In this document: positions 13,767 to 27,000 of the stretch, piece by piece | Layout of the letters: every line of letters starts with the position of its first letter | Numbering within the stretch: position 1 is the stretch's first letter | Assembly: GCF_009914755.1 (NCBI RefSeq) | Contig: NC_060937.1 | Strand: one strand, 5' to 3' | Source of the DNA: the human T2T-CHM13v2.0 reference genome, Homo sapiens | Length of the DNA stretch: 64,000 nucleotides | Notes under the pieces: generated by a model | Told to the model about the DNA's origin: nothing | The model's input: the letters and a program-made list of their open reading frames with translations, nothing else | Database searches by the model: none | Translations under genes and position numbers: made by a program

Positions 13767-16034
13767 AAAAGGAGAATTTACCATGCCAATTTGGAACTTA
13801 TAATAATTATAGAAAGGAAATTATGACCATTCTTTACAAATATTATGATTTGAGGGGAGCAGATTTCAATACCGAAAAATAGCTAATACAGTATGAGCAT
13901 TACAAGTAAAAGGGAATACAATTTGAAACTGATATTAAAATTGATAAATTCTGGAAATCCAAGTAGAATGTGACAATCTCAATTTTCACAAGAGAAAAAG
14001 CAATCTTCCTCCAATAGTTTCCTTAAATTTCTTAAAGGTAAAGTATTCATCTTCAGTCTTTGAATTGCCTAGACTTAACCCAGTATGGTCCAGAGTAGGC
14101 ATTCAGTAAACTGGCATTCCAAATAAGGGCAATAAATCATAATTAACATTTATATAATGGTTTCAATTTTAGGAAAATATGAGAATGTAAAAGCACATGT
14201 AATTGTTAGGCAGCTGCCTCAGAGTACGGATTTTGACACGAGAATAAAAGTAGTGCATAAGAGCACCTCACCACAGAAAAATAGGAAGAATTAGAGAGTT
14301 TTAAATAGAATGCTAGATTGACTAAAGCCAGGAATTGAGCTGGGACAATGTAAAAGGCACTGGGGATTTATTTTTAATTTTATTATTTTTAAGTTAGCAG
14401 TTAACAAGAAAGAGAGGAACATCCTTTTATCGAAGATGGTATAAATGTTCAAACCAATGTTTTGTGACTGCTTGTCTTATAATCTGGAGATATTAATACT
14501 CTCTGAAAATGATGTTCCAATTGTCTAGATTCTAGAAAGTTAATCAGATCTTTTATGTTCTAACATTTTATGATCATCTGAAAGCTTTTACAGACAATGG
14601 ATCTAAATTATCTATTATATTAATGATTGAAAGAATAGATGCCAACCCATTTCCAGATGACTTAGCTAATATGTTTTAACTGGTAAATGAAAGCCACACA
14701 TTCTGGGTAATCAATAATACTCCCAGTGGCATTTTTATTTCTATCAAAATTTCATTTCTAGTTTCCCAGATGTATTCAAAGCAAGCATGAAAATTTAATT
14801 TTTAGACTGCAAAATGTCAAATGAATGTTATCCATTTTAAAATTCAAGAAAATGCTGTTGAGTGGGAATATGTAGAAGAAAAAGAAAATAGCAAGATTAT
14901 GTATGCTTTGAGCTAAAAGTATTCATAATCCTTAACTTAAGAGATTTTAAAGGTCAATAACAATGGAACATTCCCATTTTTCATCATCATTTCCCATGAG
15001 GAAGTAAGTAAAATATCTTGAGTGACTATTAATAACTATGAAGAAGAATGAAGAAGTGAAGTTTTGGTTCATATTGAATTTGACTAATAAGTATATTTTC
15101 TGAAAATTTAAAATTCTAAATGTTCCTAAATAAATAAAATCTTAAATATTTCAATCAATTAGTTGATTATGATAAGTATAGGTTAACAATATAATTTCCA
15201 ATTAAAAACCTATATTGACCATTTTAAAAACTAGTTAAAAGATATTAACATAATATAGAAAAACATAAAATGCATATTTTCATAACTTGGTGTTTTAAAT
15301 AAAATCTAATTAGTAAAGACATAAACATTGAACTTATTTTCAAATGCTGTGTATTAAAATAATCTACTTGAATATGGACATCTCTAATATAAAAAAATTT
15401 TTAGAAAGTCTTGGGATTCTATCTGTAAATATATTACAAAGGTATTTTTAAAAGGAAATTGTGTAAAATATATACTTTAGGTAACAAATCTAGGAATATA
15501 TCATTAATTCTTAATGTTTAAAGAAAGCTATTTAATTTACAAAATAATCACTCTCAAAATGCATTTATTTATAATTGCATGCTCAGAGATTTAGAGAGAT
15601 ATAACTACCTACTAAGGAAACACCATTTTACTTTTATAGATATTTTATTACATCAATGGAAATTTCTCTCTATCCTTCTATGACTAAACTCATAAGCTAT
15701 AACATAAAAATTACTGTCAACAATGTAGACCAGCCATAAAATTCAATTAAAAATCCCTACATTTTAAGCAGTTATAGTAACATAATGTGTAAACATGAGC
15801 TGAAGTGATGTGTAGCTCCTAGAGCATGTCACATTTAGAAAATAAATGTTTTAACTGTTTCATCATCACTTTTTCAGTGCAAAGATTTTTGAGGACTTTT
15901 TTTCTCCTTAGGTCTTTCTGGAAACATTAATGTTTTTGTTAAATATCAACAAACCGGCCCCTAGTTCTCTTGGTTGAATCTGTTTTGCAGTATTATTTTT
16001 TCATATGTTTCTGTGCCTCAAAACATATGTCTCT

Positions 16035-16808
16035 TAATTCATTCTTTCAACAAATATTAGTTGTAGGCACTGTTCTAGTTACTAGGATTAGCAATGAGCA
16101 AAGTGGACAACAAAGTCCCAGGCCTCACAAGGCTGACATTCTAGTAATTATATACTAGTTAAAATACATGGCATATCAGATTGTGTTAAGGGCTGTGGAG
16201 AAAAATAAAACAGGGAAGGAGGATAGGGAGTATCTACATATTGAGGAGACAGGTTGCAATCTAAAATAGGGTTATGTATAAACATCCTTAATAAGAAGGT
16301 AGCATTCGAAGGAGGTGAGAGAACAAAATATATGTACGGATCTCTGGATGAAGAGGATCTCAAGAAGATGGCTGGACAATGCATAGACTCTAAGGCAGAT
16401 GCATTCCTGGGATATTAGAGCAATGTTAAGGAGCCCTGTTTGGCTGGAGGTGAGTTTTGGTGAGAGATGAAGGAAAGGGAATCAGAGTAGAGAAGAATCC
16501 AGGAGCCCAATCGTGGAAGGGATTGTAGGTTATTGGAAGGACTTGTATTATTTCACTGATTATGAAATAGGAAGCCTTGGGATAATTATAGGCAGAGAAA
16601 CTACCTGATTTGACATTTGTATTTAACTAGACTACTCTGGCTACCATCAAAAAGAAGGGAGGAAGCTTGGAACTGAGTTCTGAGACTTTCACGATAATTC
16701 CAGCAGGTGATAATGGAGAAGGAAAGAAGTAGGTGGATCTGTGGATATGTTAGATGTATAACAGAGGGAAGAATCAGAGATGGTTCCAAGGTTTTAGGCA
16801 TGAACAAG
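16035..16808 (-). mobile_element. L2, continuing at about 17141-17230 after an LTR insertion
   Basis: ttcattctttcaacaaatatt...aggcactgttctag...aagagggaagaatcagagatggttccaaggttttaggcatgaacaa. Confidence 0.75.
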
Positions 16809-17140
16809 TGTCTTAGTTTGTTCAGACTGCTATAAAAAAATTCCCAAAGACTTGTTGGCTTAAACAACAAATATAGATTTCTCACAATTCTGGAAGCTGG
16901 AAGTCTGACATTATGGTGCCAATATGTCAGGTTCTAAGAGGAAACTCTTCTGAGTTGCCGACTGCAAACATCTCCTTGTATCCTCTCTGCCCACTCCTTA
17001 GGAGAGCACAAACCCCATTCATTAGGACTCTACCCTCCTAACCTTATTACTTCCCAAAGTCCCCACCTCTAAATACTATCACATTGAGATTAAGGTTTCA
17101 ACATGAATGCTGCAGGGACACAAACATGCAGTTTCTAAGT
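16809..17140 (-). mobile_element. MaLR solo LTR (MLT1-like) nested in L2
   Basis: tgtcttagtttgttcagactgctata...ggcttaaacaac...tttctcacaattctggaagctggaagtc...ggacacaaacat. Confidence 0.8.
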
Positions 17141-17474
17141 AGAAAAATGAAGTTACCAATAACTGATATGAGAAAAATGAAGAATTAACAGATTTGGGGT
17201 AAGAGGTCCAAGAACTTATTTTTTTAGAGACTTTAAAGTGATGTCCCATACTAAACTCCTACTTGAATCACCATTTTGAAGGGTAGGGTCCACAGGTGGG
17301 GACACTAACATTCACATATATGTATTTTTTTTTTATTTCTGGAAGAATAAAATGGATAAGTAGATGGCCTCAAATTATGAACTTATTTCATACTTCATTT
17401 TTTAGGTTTTCACTGGAAATAGTGTATCTTGAAAATATAAAATAGCTTACTTACTATTCCCTTGTTTTCAGGAT

Positions 17475-17620
17475 TCTTATTCATTAACTGTTTATTCATT
17501 TAACTCATTTACTGAGTAACCACTGCATGCCGTGTGAGTCACTACTCCAAATACTGGAAAATACAGAGACGACATGATTCTGCCCTCAAAGCGCTAATAG
17601 CCTACTGGAGAGGAAAAGAT
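17475..17620 (-). mobile_element. L2 3' fragment
   Basis: ttattcatttaactcatttactgag...atacagagacgacatgattctgccctcaa. Confidence 0.5.
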
Positions 17621-18429
17621 ACCATGGCATTTATACACTTTGGGGATTTTGGAAACAAAGTAGAAATGTCTGGTTTATATACACTGTGTTCATATTTATG
17701 GTTTAATACATTGTACTTGTAATAACTGTGCTAGAAATATATATGACTTACAGAAAGCATATAAACAAAGAGATGGATAATGTAAGGAAGACTATTACTG
17801 TTTTATGAAAATTCAAGACAATGTCATCACAAAGCCTAACCCTCAAATAGTTAAATTATCTCACCATGTTGTATTAGGGCTACATCTTCATTTGCTACTT
17901 TATAGGTACGAACAAAGCACTGTAGGTGAAGAGTGTACTCATGCAAGTGTGGAAGGTCTCCACAGAAAACAGAACACTGGAAATGTAGGTTAATGAGGGG
18001 AAAATTACATTTTTGGCAGACAAACAGCAATTTGAATTTATAGAAGCATAAATCCTATATTCAAAATTTGTGGGCAAATAGGTATATAGCTAGGACTTTC
18101 AAGGAGAGGTTGAAGACTTGGAGGGGGCATAAAAGAAGTGTGCAACAAATAGCCTAAGATGACTCAGGTGGCCAATATATATTGCATGTAAATTTAATAT
18201 TAATTTCCATTCCAAAAGATTTAATTAAATATAAGTCTAAATCAAGCTGAAAGAAAACTGGTATTTGAAGTGATAAATGTCACTCAAGCCAGTCACTTCA
18301 AATTTATTCAATGGTTTACTTCTAAGAATTGGTATAATAAGCTATGATTTTTGTGATGTAGCGTGAATTGAGGGTTTTTCTGAGCTAGAACCTCATGACA
18401 TTTATTTGAGGTCAAATTGTCTATTATAA

Positions 18430-18615
18430 AATAACACTAGGTCACTATAAGAGTAGATTTTAAGTGTTCTTACAACAAGAAAATGTTAAACATGTGAATT
18501 AATGCATACGTAAGCTGGCTTAACTTGGCCATTGCACAATGTACACATATTTCAACACATCATTCTGTACACAATAAGTATACATAATTTTTTTAAATTT
18601 AAACATAATAGAAAT
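18430..18615 (+). mobile_element. L1M (L1MA/MB-like) 3' end
   Basis: aagagtagattttaagtgttcttacaac...cattgcacaatgtacacatatttcaacacatcattctgtacacaataa. Confidence 0.75.
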
Positions 18616-18834
18616 GAAAAACAAATAAAACAGCTGTACATGTGTTTTTACACAGTAGTGTTATACAGTACCTACCATTTGGCCCAAGGGCTTAAATGCA
18701 CACAATTTATTTCCCAGTAAAGACAAACATTGTTGGAAAAGTCCTCTACTGAAACCCCTTCTCTACCTCCCTCAGTGTGATTTCACCATGGGGCTCTCAT
18801 CAGTGCACCCTGGGGTTGTCTCCAGACTCTGGCA

Positions 18835-19000
18835 TCCAATCAGAATTCAAATCAGTGGCCTTGGGGAATTGATTTGGTCTCTCAGTGCCTCAGTTCCCTA
18901 CTAGGTCAAAAGATGATCATCACTGTCCCTACCTTCCTGTTACATTGTGTTGAGTCACACAAGTAAAATACAGCATCTTGTCCCTAGTAAGTGCTCAAAA
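18835..19000 (+). mobile_element. MIR
   Basis: gtggccttggggaattgattt...ctcagtgcctcagttccc...tagtaagtgctcaa. Confidence 0.65.
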
Positions 19001-19054
19001 AATTGGAGGCCCTATTATTAACAAGAGGATAATTGTTTTGTTGAAAGAAAGGCA

Positions 19055-19311
<257 letters not shown>

Positions 19312-19484
19312 TAGGCAGAAATAAGATAGGAAAAAAAGAGAAATAAAATTAAACCCTTTATATTAAGATGCACTAGCTATAATTTTGTTTCATTGGACCA
19401 CAGTAATGGGACCTGGAAAACCCTAAAACTGAAGACACAGTATAAATATTTTGATAAATGTTGCAATTTAAAATTTATTGATGC

Positions 19485-19772
19485 TTTTTTTTGAGATGGA
19501 GTCTAGCTCTGTTGCCCACCCTGGAGTGCAGTGGCGCAATCTCAGCTCACTGCCACCTCTGCCTCACAGGTTCACACGATTCCTCTGCCTCAGCCTCCTG
19601 AGTAGCTGGGATTACAGCCATGCGCCACCACGCCCGGCTAATTTTTGTATTTTTAGTAGAGACGGGGTTTCACCATGTTGGTCAGGCTGGTCTCGAACTC
19701 CTGACCCCATGATCCACCCACCTCAGCCTCCCAAAGTGCTGGGATTACAGGCGTGAGCCACTGCGCCCGGCC
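19485..19772 (-). mobile_element. Alu (AluS-like)
   Basis: ttgagatggagtct...gtgagccactgcgcccggcc; TSD-like tgatgcttt/tgacgcttt. Confidence 0.95.
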
Positions 19773-21045
19773 TGACGCTTATTTTTTGATTCTATACACT
19801 CTTTTGTGATGTAGAAAATGTATATAAACCACTCATGATTTACATCATAAATTTTCCCCTAAAATAATGCCCAATTGGGCCATGATTGAGTTGCCAGTAC
19901 TCAAAAGCCTATTTAAACCACTCTGTATTCGAAAATTTATATTTGCAGCCCTCTTTCAAATTGAACTATCATTTATCACATATTCAAAATAGAAAACCTA
20001 TTTAATAGTTCTACTTGCAAGTCAACAGACTCTCCCTCGGCGATGGTGAAAATTATGTGGGAAAGATACTCTTGGGCACCAGAAATCTGGTGATTTTCCA
20101 CATTTGCAAAGGAGCATAATCTTAGCAAAACTTTACCCTAGTTATTTTTATATTTTGTTTATTCTCAAATCAGGGTCAGCTCTAACTTTTTTAAAGTGTC
20201 TAGGTCTTAGAGTTCTTCTTATATTTGGATAAATCTCTTATTTATATAAGGGTATAGCTCTAAACATGTCATTTTTCTAAACCACAAAACTTTACTATAA
20301 AAACTAAAGATAAAATAAGTCAAACCATGATAAAATTATTATAATTTTAAGCCTCATGCTGATGATATAAATAAAAAGACATTTGAGCATTCATCTAAAA
20401 AATGAGTTTTAACAGAATGATGGGACTGCACTATTCACATGTTTTAAATAATTTAATACTACTTCAGAAAAAATTGCTGAAATTCTCTGACCCAAAATTA
20501 AAGGCAAGTTTTAGCTAAATCAAATGAATTAGGAGTAAAATTTCATTAAATGTAATGTAATTCAGGTATTAAAGAGGTTTATGAATTATACAACCTGAAC
20601 AATGGAAATGCTGTTAAACAATTCCTGGGCTTTCAGGGGTAGAAAAATGGCATCCTCTTCCCTTGTTCTGAACAGAACCAACAGGCAAAAGTTTTGTATC
20701 TAATTTACTTATATGCCATCTTCAGGGTTTTAAGAGAGACACTCAAAGCTATATTGTCCACTTCTTGAATTGGAACTGTAGAGCAGGAAAAGTCAATTAA
20801 TACACATCTCTCCACCTGTATCTTGTTTTATATGCACATAATAAAATTGACTTTAATTCCCCTGAATGATAAACCTCCTTACTTTCTGTATTTACACTAT
20901 TTTGAATCAGTAACCTTATTAACATGGGAAATGGTCAATAACCCTCTCATTGATTTCATACTAATTATGCTAATGTTAATTTTTTTTACATGTATATAAA
21001 AAGACTTTCCTTTTTGTATTACCTCTTCATACACACAAACACATT

Positions 21046-21048
<3 letters not shown>

Positions 21049-21083
<35 letters not shown>

Positions 21084-21085
21084 CA
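21049..21085. repeat. (CA)n microsatellite
   Basis: acacacac... with one CG interruption. Confidence 0.9.
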
Positions 21086-24000
21086 TAAGATAATTTAGAG
21101 GACACAGATATAATGTGAGATGCCTCTGAATAATGAAGATACAAAATAACTGATATGAGAAAGCAGAATAAATGTCTTTACCATAATTTTCAGTCTTAGT
21201 ATCAAATCATAGTCCCTGGTATTAAGGAATAGGGCCAAAAAAATCATATGGCAATATCTGAATGTCTTAATCAGTTATTTGAAACTCACAGAAAGAGGAA
21301 CTATAATTGTTTATCACCAAATACAACTAAAATATTCAGATATGCTTGATCAATATAACCAATAGGAAAGACACTCTGATGTAGAAAGATCATAGATTTA
21401 GAAATCAAAATTAGTAGATGCAAATCCTTCGAAAGACAGTAGCTTGCCCAAGGCAAGACAACTTTCAAGTTCTTGGCTCCTTTCTTTAAAATACTGCAAA
21501 GCATAAACAAAAGTTATATTCATTCAGAAATAATGGCCACATAAGTAAGCCACTACTACTGGCTGGACTAAAACTTGGATTAAAAAGTTTTTCTAGTTTT
21601 TCACACTATATATGCCCAAATCCTGAGATATAGGTGGATATATTTAACTAAATAAAGTCTTTCCATATAATTTGATTTACCTGTCCTTATAACTACAATG
21701 ATTATATGTTATATCCTTATAATATATATCATGTGCATATATACAAGTATACATGCATATTTATATAATTATAAAAGAAGGATCCAGGAAATCATTTTAT
21801 ATATAAAATAGCCAGAAAATAAGCACAATAAAAATCAAGGATCCACTACAGTTTTATTCAAACACCTAAAGGACTCTCACATTGTGAATGGCTGTTATGC
21901 ATAATTTACATAAATTCTTTCTAACAGTCAAAGTTATCCACAGATAGACTGGTATAATGGACATGTGATAACTAATGGTTTTCAAGTTTATATTTTAAAA
22001 AAGTATATAAAGAGGACTCAATCATCAAAAGGTAATTAGACTAGAATTAAGTCATTCTCAAAACTGACTTTTCATTAGAATCACCTGAAACAAATAAAAA
22101 ATTCAATACATTGCCCTCACCCTTAGAGATTATACTTTTGTTGGTTCGGTGTAACTCCAGTTATTTTTTTTTTTAATCTCTCCAGAAGATTCTAAGAACT
22201 AGTTCAATCATATGGTCTCTTTCAATTCAGGTTCCATAATTCCGGAAAAAAAAATGCCACTTAAATATTCATATCTGTGCCAAAGTAGGATTTGCTTTTT
22301 ATTCTCTATCTATCTAACAAAGATAAAAGAAAACCAAATAATTAATAGGCGAATAACGCAGTGTTCTTTGGTGGCATTTGTCTTCTGGAAATGGTTTATT
22401 TACATGTGTCCTTGCACCTCTTCGATCTCTTTCTCCGCCTGAAGCAAGCTGGACAAGAACATCTGGAGTTCACAGGAATATGGCAAAATCTCCCAGATAT
22501 TATCAGTGGGATTAATATATTTAAACTTGCTATTTATATGAAAAATATACTCTTATATTACAGAAATATTCGTCCCTTTTTCTTCAACAGGAAAACATGT
22601 AGTGGAAAAAATATTTTTTATAATATTTATGAAACTGTCTTCAACGCATCACTACATAGTAATTTATGACTTTTTCTTGCTTTCTGTTCTTTTATTTGCC
22701 TTGTATTGTTCTAGTTAATATGAATTTTATGCTTCAGATATAGAGTGAAGTAGAATACATTTCTGTATTCTTACTTATTCTGTGCTATTGGAGGAACACC
22801 TGTAGGAACAAAATCTCTGCCCGTCTTTTTTCTAAACAAAACAAAAACAAAAACTTATACTTTGTTTTAAAGATTTCTGAGGACTTTTTTTCTGATTGAA
22901 ATAAAGTAAATGTCAGTACTCTATTATCAGGTCAAAATGTTTTACAGTTTGTAGTCTAAAAGTAAAAGATGAGAATAATTACATTTCACATTTTTGAAAC
23001 TAATGTAACCACTGATCATATAGCATATTTTAAAATAGTACAATAACCCATGTTATGGGTTGCCAGAATATGCTATTTCAACATTTGACTCTTGTACATA
23101 TTTTATATATATTATGCAATATTCTTTTATGTAATTTGTGTAATGCTAAACAATGAGGCATGAGTGAGCTAGATATTTTCATACAGTAAACAGTTACAAA
23201 TTTAATAAACATTCAATAGTATGCATTGAATACCCTTGGCTCATGCAAATATATTGACTAATTGTTAATTGAAGGCACAGTAAAATCAGAATATCAGGCT
23301 ATGGATACCTGACCAGCTGGCTACATTGAGCTAATTTGACTCTATAAATATGGCACTATCAAAAAATATGTTTTACATTCTGGAAAGCAACACAAAATTT
23401 CCTGTATATTTTCAACATTTCCTTTAATAATTAAATTTTATTTTGTGTATCCAAGCATGCACAGTTCTTAAAGTGTTTTCTAAGTAAATATAAAATAAAC
23501 TGCATAATTGCAAGTCACTAAATTATTTAGTCAAATAGAAAACATTGTTAGAAGGAAAATCTGTGTGTGTTTTCTTTAATTACAATAAACCATATCTAAT
23601 TTTAACTGCCTCCTTTTTTTCTTAATAATGAGTTGACCTTCTATTCTCCTTAACCCTTTTTTATCAAAGCCATCTACACCCACTTTGCCTTCTGTTTCTC
23701 TAATCTGCAATTATTTATGTTTTCTTCATGCTGCTTTGTCCGCCATGGGAGCAAAATTGTATTTGGTGAAATATAGAGCTAATTATACCATGAACCCAGC
23801 AACAAAAAGACAGAGCAGATGTTACTTCAGACGTGCTAAAAGTCCTCATGCTTAATGTGCATCTAGTAAAACACTGAGCAGAGTCGTCAAAAACAATATC
23901 TAATCAAGGCTGTTTTAGACATGCAAATCTTTTTAACACCACAGTTAAATGGAGAAATTCTGTCAATAATATTTTCAGTACTCACCATGTGCATGCCAGA

Positions 24001-27000
24001 ATAATTATATTAGGTAGTGATTTCTAATTAATATAATAAATGTGTGAGTCCACATCGTTACTATCCCAGGGGGAGAGAAATCTAGGGAGGCAGAAATGGA
24101 GATCATATGCTGTGAGTTAATAATACAATACACAATGTTTTCATTGAGAATGTGTTTCTGTGATGCCAACATAAGCTACTTGAATATTTTTAACTAGTAA
24201 AATACACTTTATTCAATTACGTTGCTTTCTTTTTATTCACAGAGAACCACTTAAATTAACTATTTAATTGGCTATTGAAGTAATAAAATTAAGATCAGTT
24301 TCTCTGTTTAATAATTTTTGTCTACAATTTGGTAGTGACATACAGAATGTAACGGTCACCACAATCGTTGCTTTTTTGTTTGTTTTGGAAAAATTGAATT
24401 TTTTTGACATATTGGATTAAAATCAATATTACTTTTCATGAAGAAACTGGTTTCCCCCATTAGGACATGTATACCAATGGTGGATTACTCCAGGAAAATA
24501 CCAAAATGCTTCTCATGCTGTGTACAGACTAAAAACAATCGCAACTATCCTAGTTTAAAGTCACTGTAAGAGGGCAGTATTTTAATGACATACTTTCTAC
24601 TCAAAGAAGTGTGCCTACACCACAGGTTGTAAAGCCCCTTCTGAGATCTAAAACTTAGTGTGTTCAGTACACCAAACCTCCCTCCTGGTGAGTGTTAAAT
24701 GTGTGCATTGAGTGGCTGGGCTGTGCATCACTTTCAGTGTTTATTTTAGGAAAATAAACCACCTCTCTGCAGAGTTGTGATAGCATAGCTAAAAAAATTC
24801 CACCATATTCAGAGGTGTATAACTTGTTTTCTTTTCTGTGTCACATGAAACGATAAAATAGTGTCTAGTTTATACAAATAACGAATTTTAAAATATTATA
24901 TGTTGGCCAGTTTTAAATGGGATAGATACTCCAACAAATAATATTTTATATAAATTACCTATCAAGAAAAATAGATATATATGTGGGATACATTACATTA
25001 GTTGAAAATTTATGCTTTAATTAACCTAAATTTTGTATGTGATACCGATATTATGCTCCATGTAAATAAAATTATGAACATTACAAGTTATTGTTTCTTT
25101 ATTACAAAGGAGAATAAAGGCCTATTTGTATTTTCAAAAGGGAATGTCAGGGTAACTTTGATAATATTGAAGTTTTCATCAATGCTGAATATAACTGTTG
25201 TGAAGATATATCTAATTAGTCTCCTAGTTTATGCCATTATGTCACATTGTGGGGGGCTTGATGGGATACATTCACAAAATTTGACTTATACAATGAAAGC
25301 ATTTTTTCAAAACTCTACAAATAAAGTTTACTGATGTCATATTTAATGAATAATAAAATGCAATATAAAAATCACTTCATGTAATTTCACAAACTTCAGT
25401 GATTATTGATATTTTCAAATCCTATTTTCCAATTAGTTAATTTTTCATTTATCTCATACTTTAAAATGTGCTTTAAAACCTAAGCACATATTTACTATAA
25501 AAATACTTACTGAATCAATAAACATCAAATCAAGTGATTAAGTAAAAATGAACTAAGTATCCTAACAGATAAATAAAAACAGACAAGCTAAATTTTTCAA
25601 CTTTCCACAGTGGAACTTCACTACTTTGATATTCAATAGACCAACAGAAGAACCACTCCAGATGGACGACTGATTATAACTCATCCAATACCATTACCAT
25701 GCACTCAGAAGAATGGACAATTTCTCATGAAACCAAACCGTTAAATGTTACTTTTCCAAGGTAGAAATTACGGCTTTATAAGCTTCCAATAATATGGTCT
25801 TTTTAGGAATTAAAACTAATGAAGGTGACATAACTGAAACAAAAATATAAAAACGTATTTTAACTGAGCTCAACTCTCAGTATCTAAATGGAAGTTATCT
25901 CAGCCAATAGATGAACAGAGTAAAACTAGACACCTTAGAGAACCCAGGTGTCACATGGCAATGGAGCAATTTCTCATTTATCTCCTCCTGCATCAAAAGC
26001 ATTATCTTATCAGCTCTAGCATCATATTCTGCTAATAAATCAAAACAAAGGGACTTTCAAAGGATCTCTCTTGCATATCAGTAATTTAATCAAAATAGCA
26101 AACAGGGAACTAAAACACCTCCTTTGGTCTCATTTAGTTTACATGTAAACCGAAACACTTCTCTTGGTCTCAGTTGTTTTTATTCCCCCATTGACAAAGT
26201 GGTCTATAAATGTATACATGCATAAGCAATATTTATGCAAAATGGCTTGAATTTCAAAATCACTATAGATGCAGTTCACTTTAAGAAAATGCATTATATT
26301 AAAATATTTTCTAAGTAGTGGATTCCCTTAAAGCTTGATTAGATAAAACTCTTGATTTACATAAAACATTTCAGGAAAAATCCATAAAGATGACTATGCC
26401 TGTATACTAAAAGAATCTAATGTTTTACATGTTTAATATATTTAGTTCACTGAATCAATAATTACATTTTTTAAATATTAAACTTACACTACTCAACATA
26501 TTCTTCATATCGGGAATATATTCTTAGCTTGAACGATACAACTAATGTATTGTAATATGATATTATATTTGAAAGAAACAAATGAAATAACATGATGTTA
26601 TTTTTAATATCAAAAGATATGTTCGAGTATGACAAACTTCTATTTATGAAATCACAATAAGATCACTTGGTTTAGTGTGAATAATATACCAAGTTTTAAT
26701 GAAATAAAATTTAAATAACATAATGAATGAATATACTAAATGTGATAAAATAATGCTTCACAGTGTGAATATTTATAATTGATTACTTTTCATATAATAA
26801 AACATGTATGCTTATATCATTTTTAAGCTTTTATCAAAGAATGTTTTCAACAAAAACATTGGCTCACAGCAATTCATTAAAAGAGAAATATTTTATGATA
26901 TTGTGAAAAATGAAAGATTCTTCCTCTTCAATAAGTCTTACTTTTATTATGAAAATAAAAATATTATAATGTCCTTTTTCTTTCCCCATGCAGAGTCTAG

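Noticed and set aside
20055-20103. RBPJ-like TGTGGGAA with an inverted partial partner and a CACCAGA/TCTGGTG hairpin
   Set aside because: Spacing (about 30 nt) does not fit the 15-17 nt paired-site rule, and the second site is imperfect.
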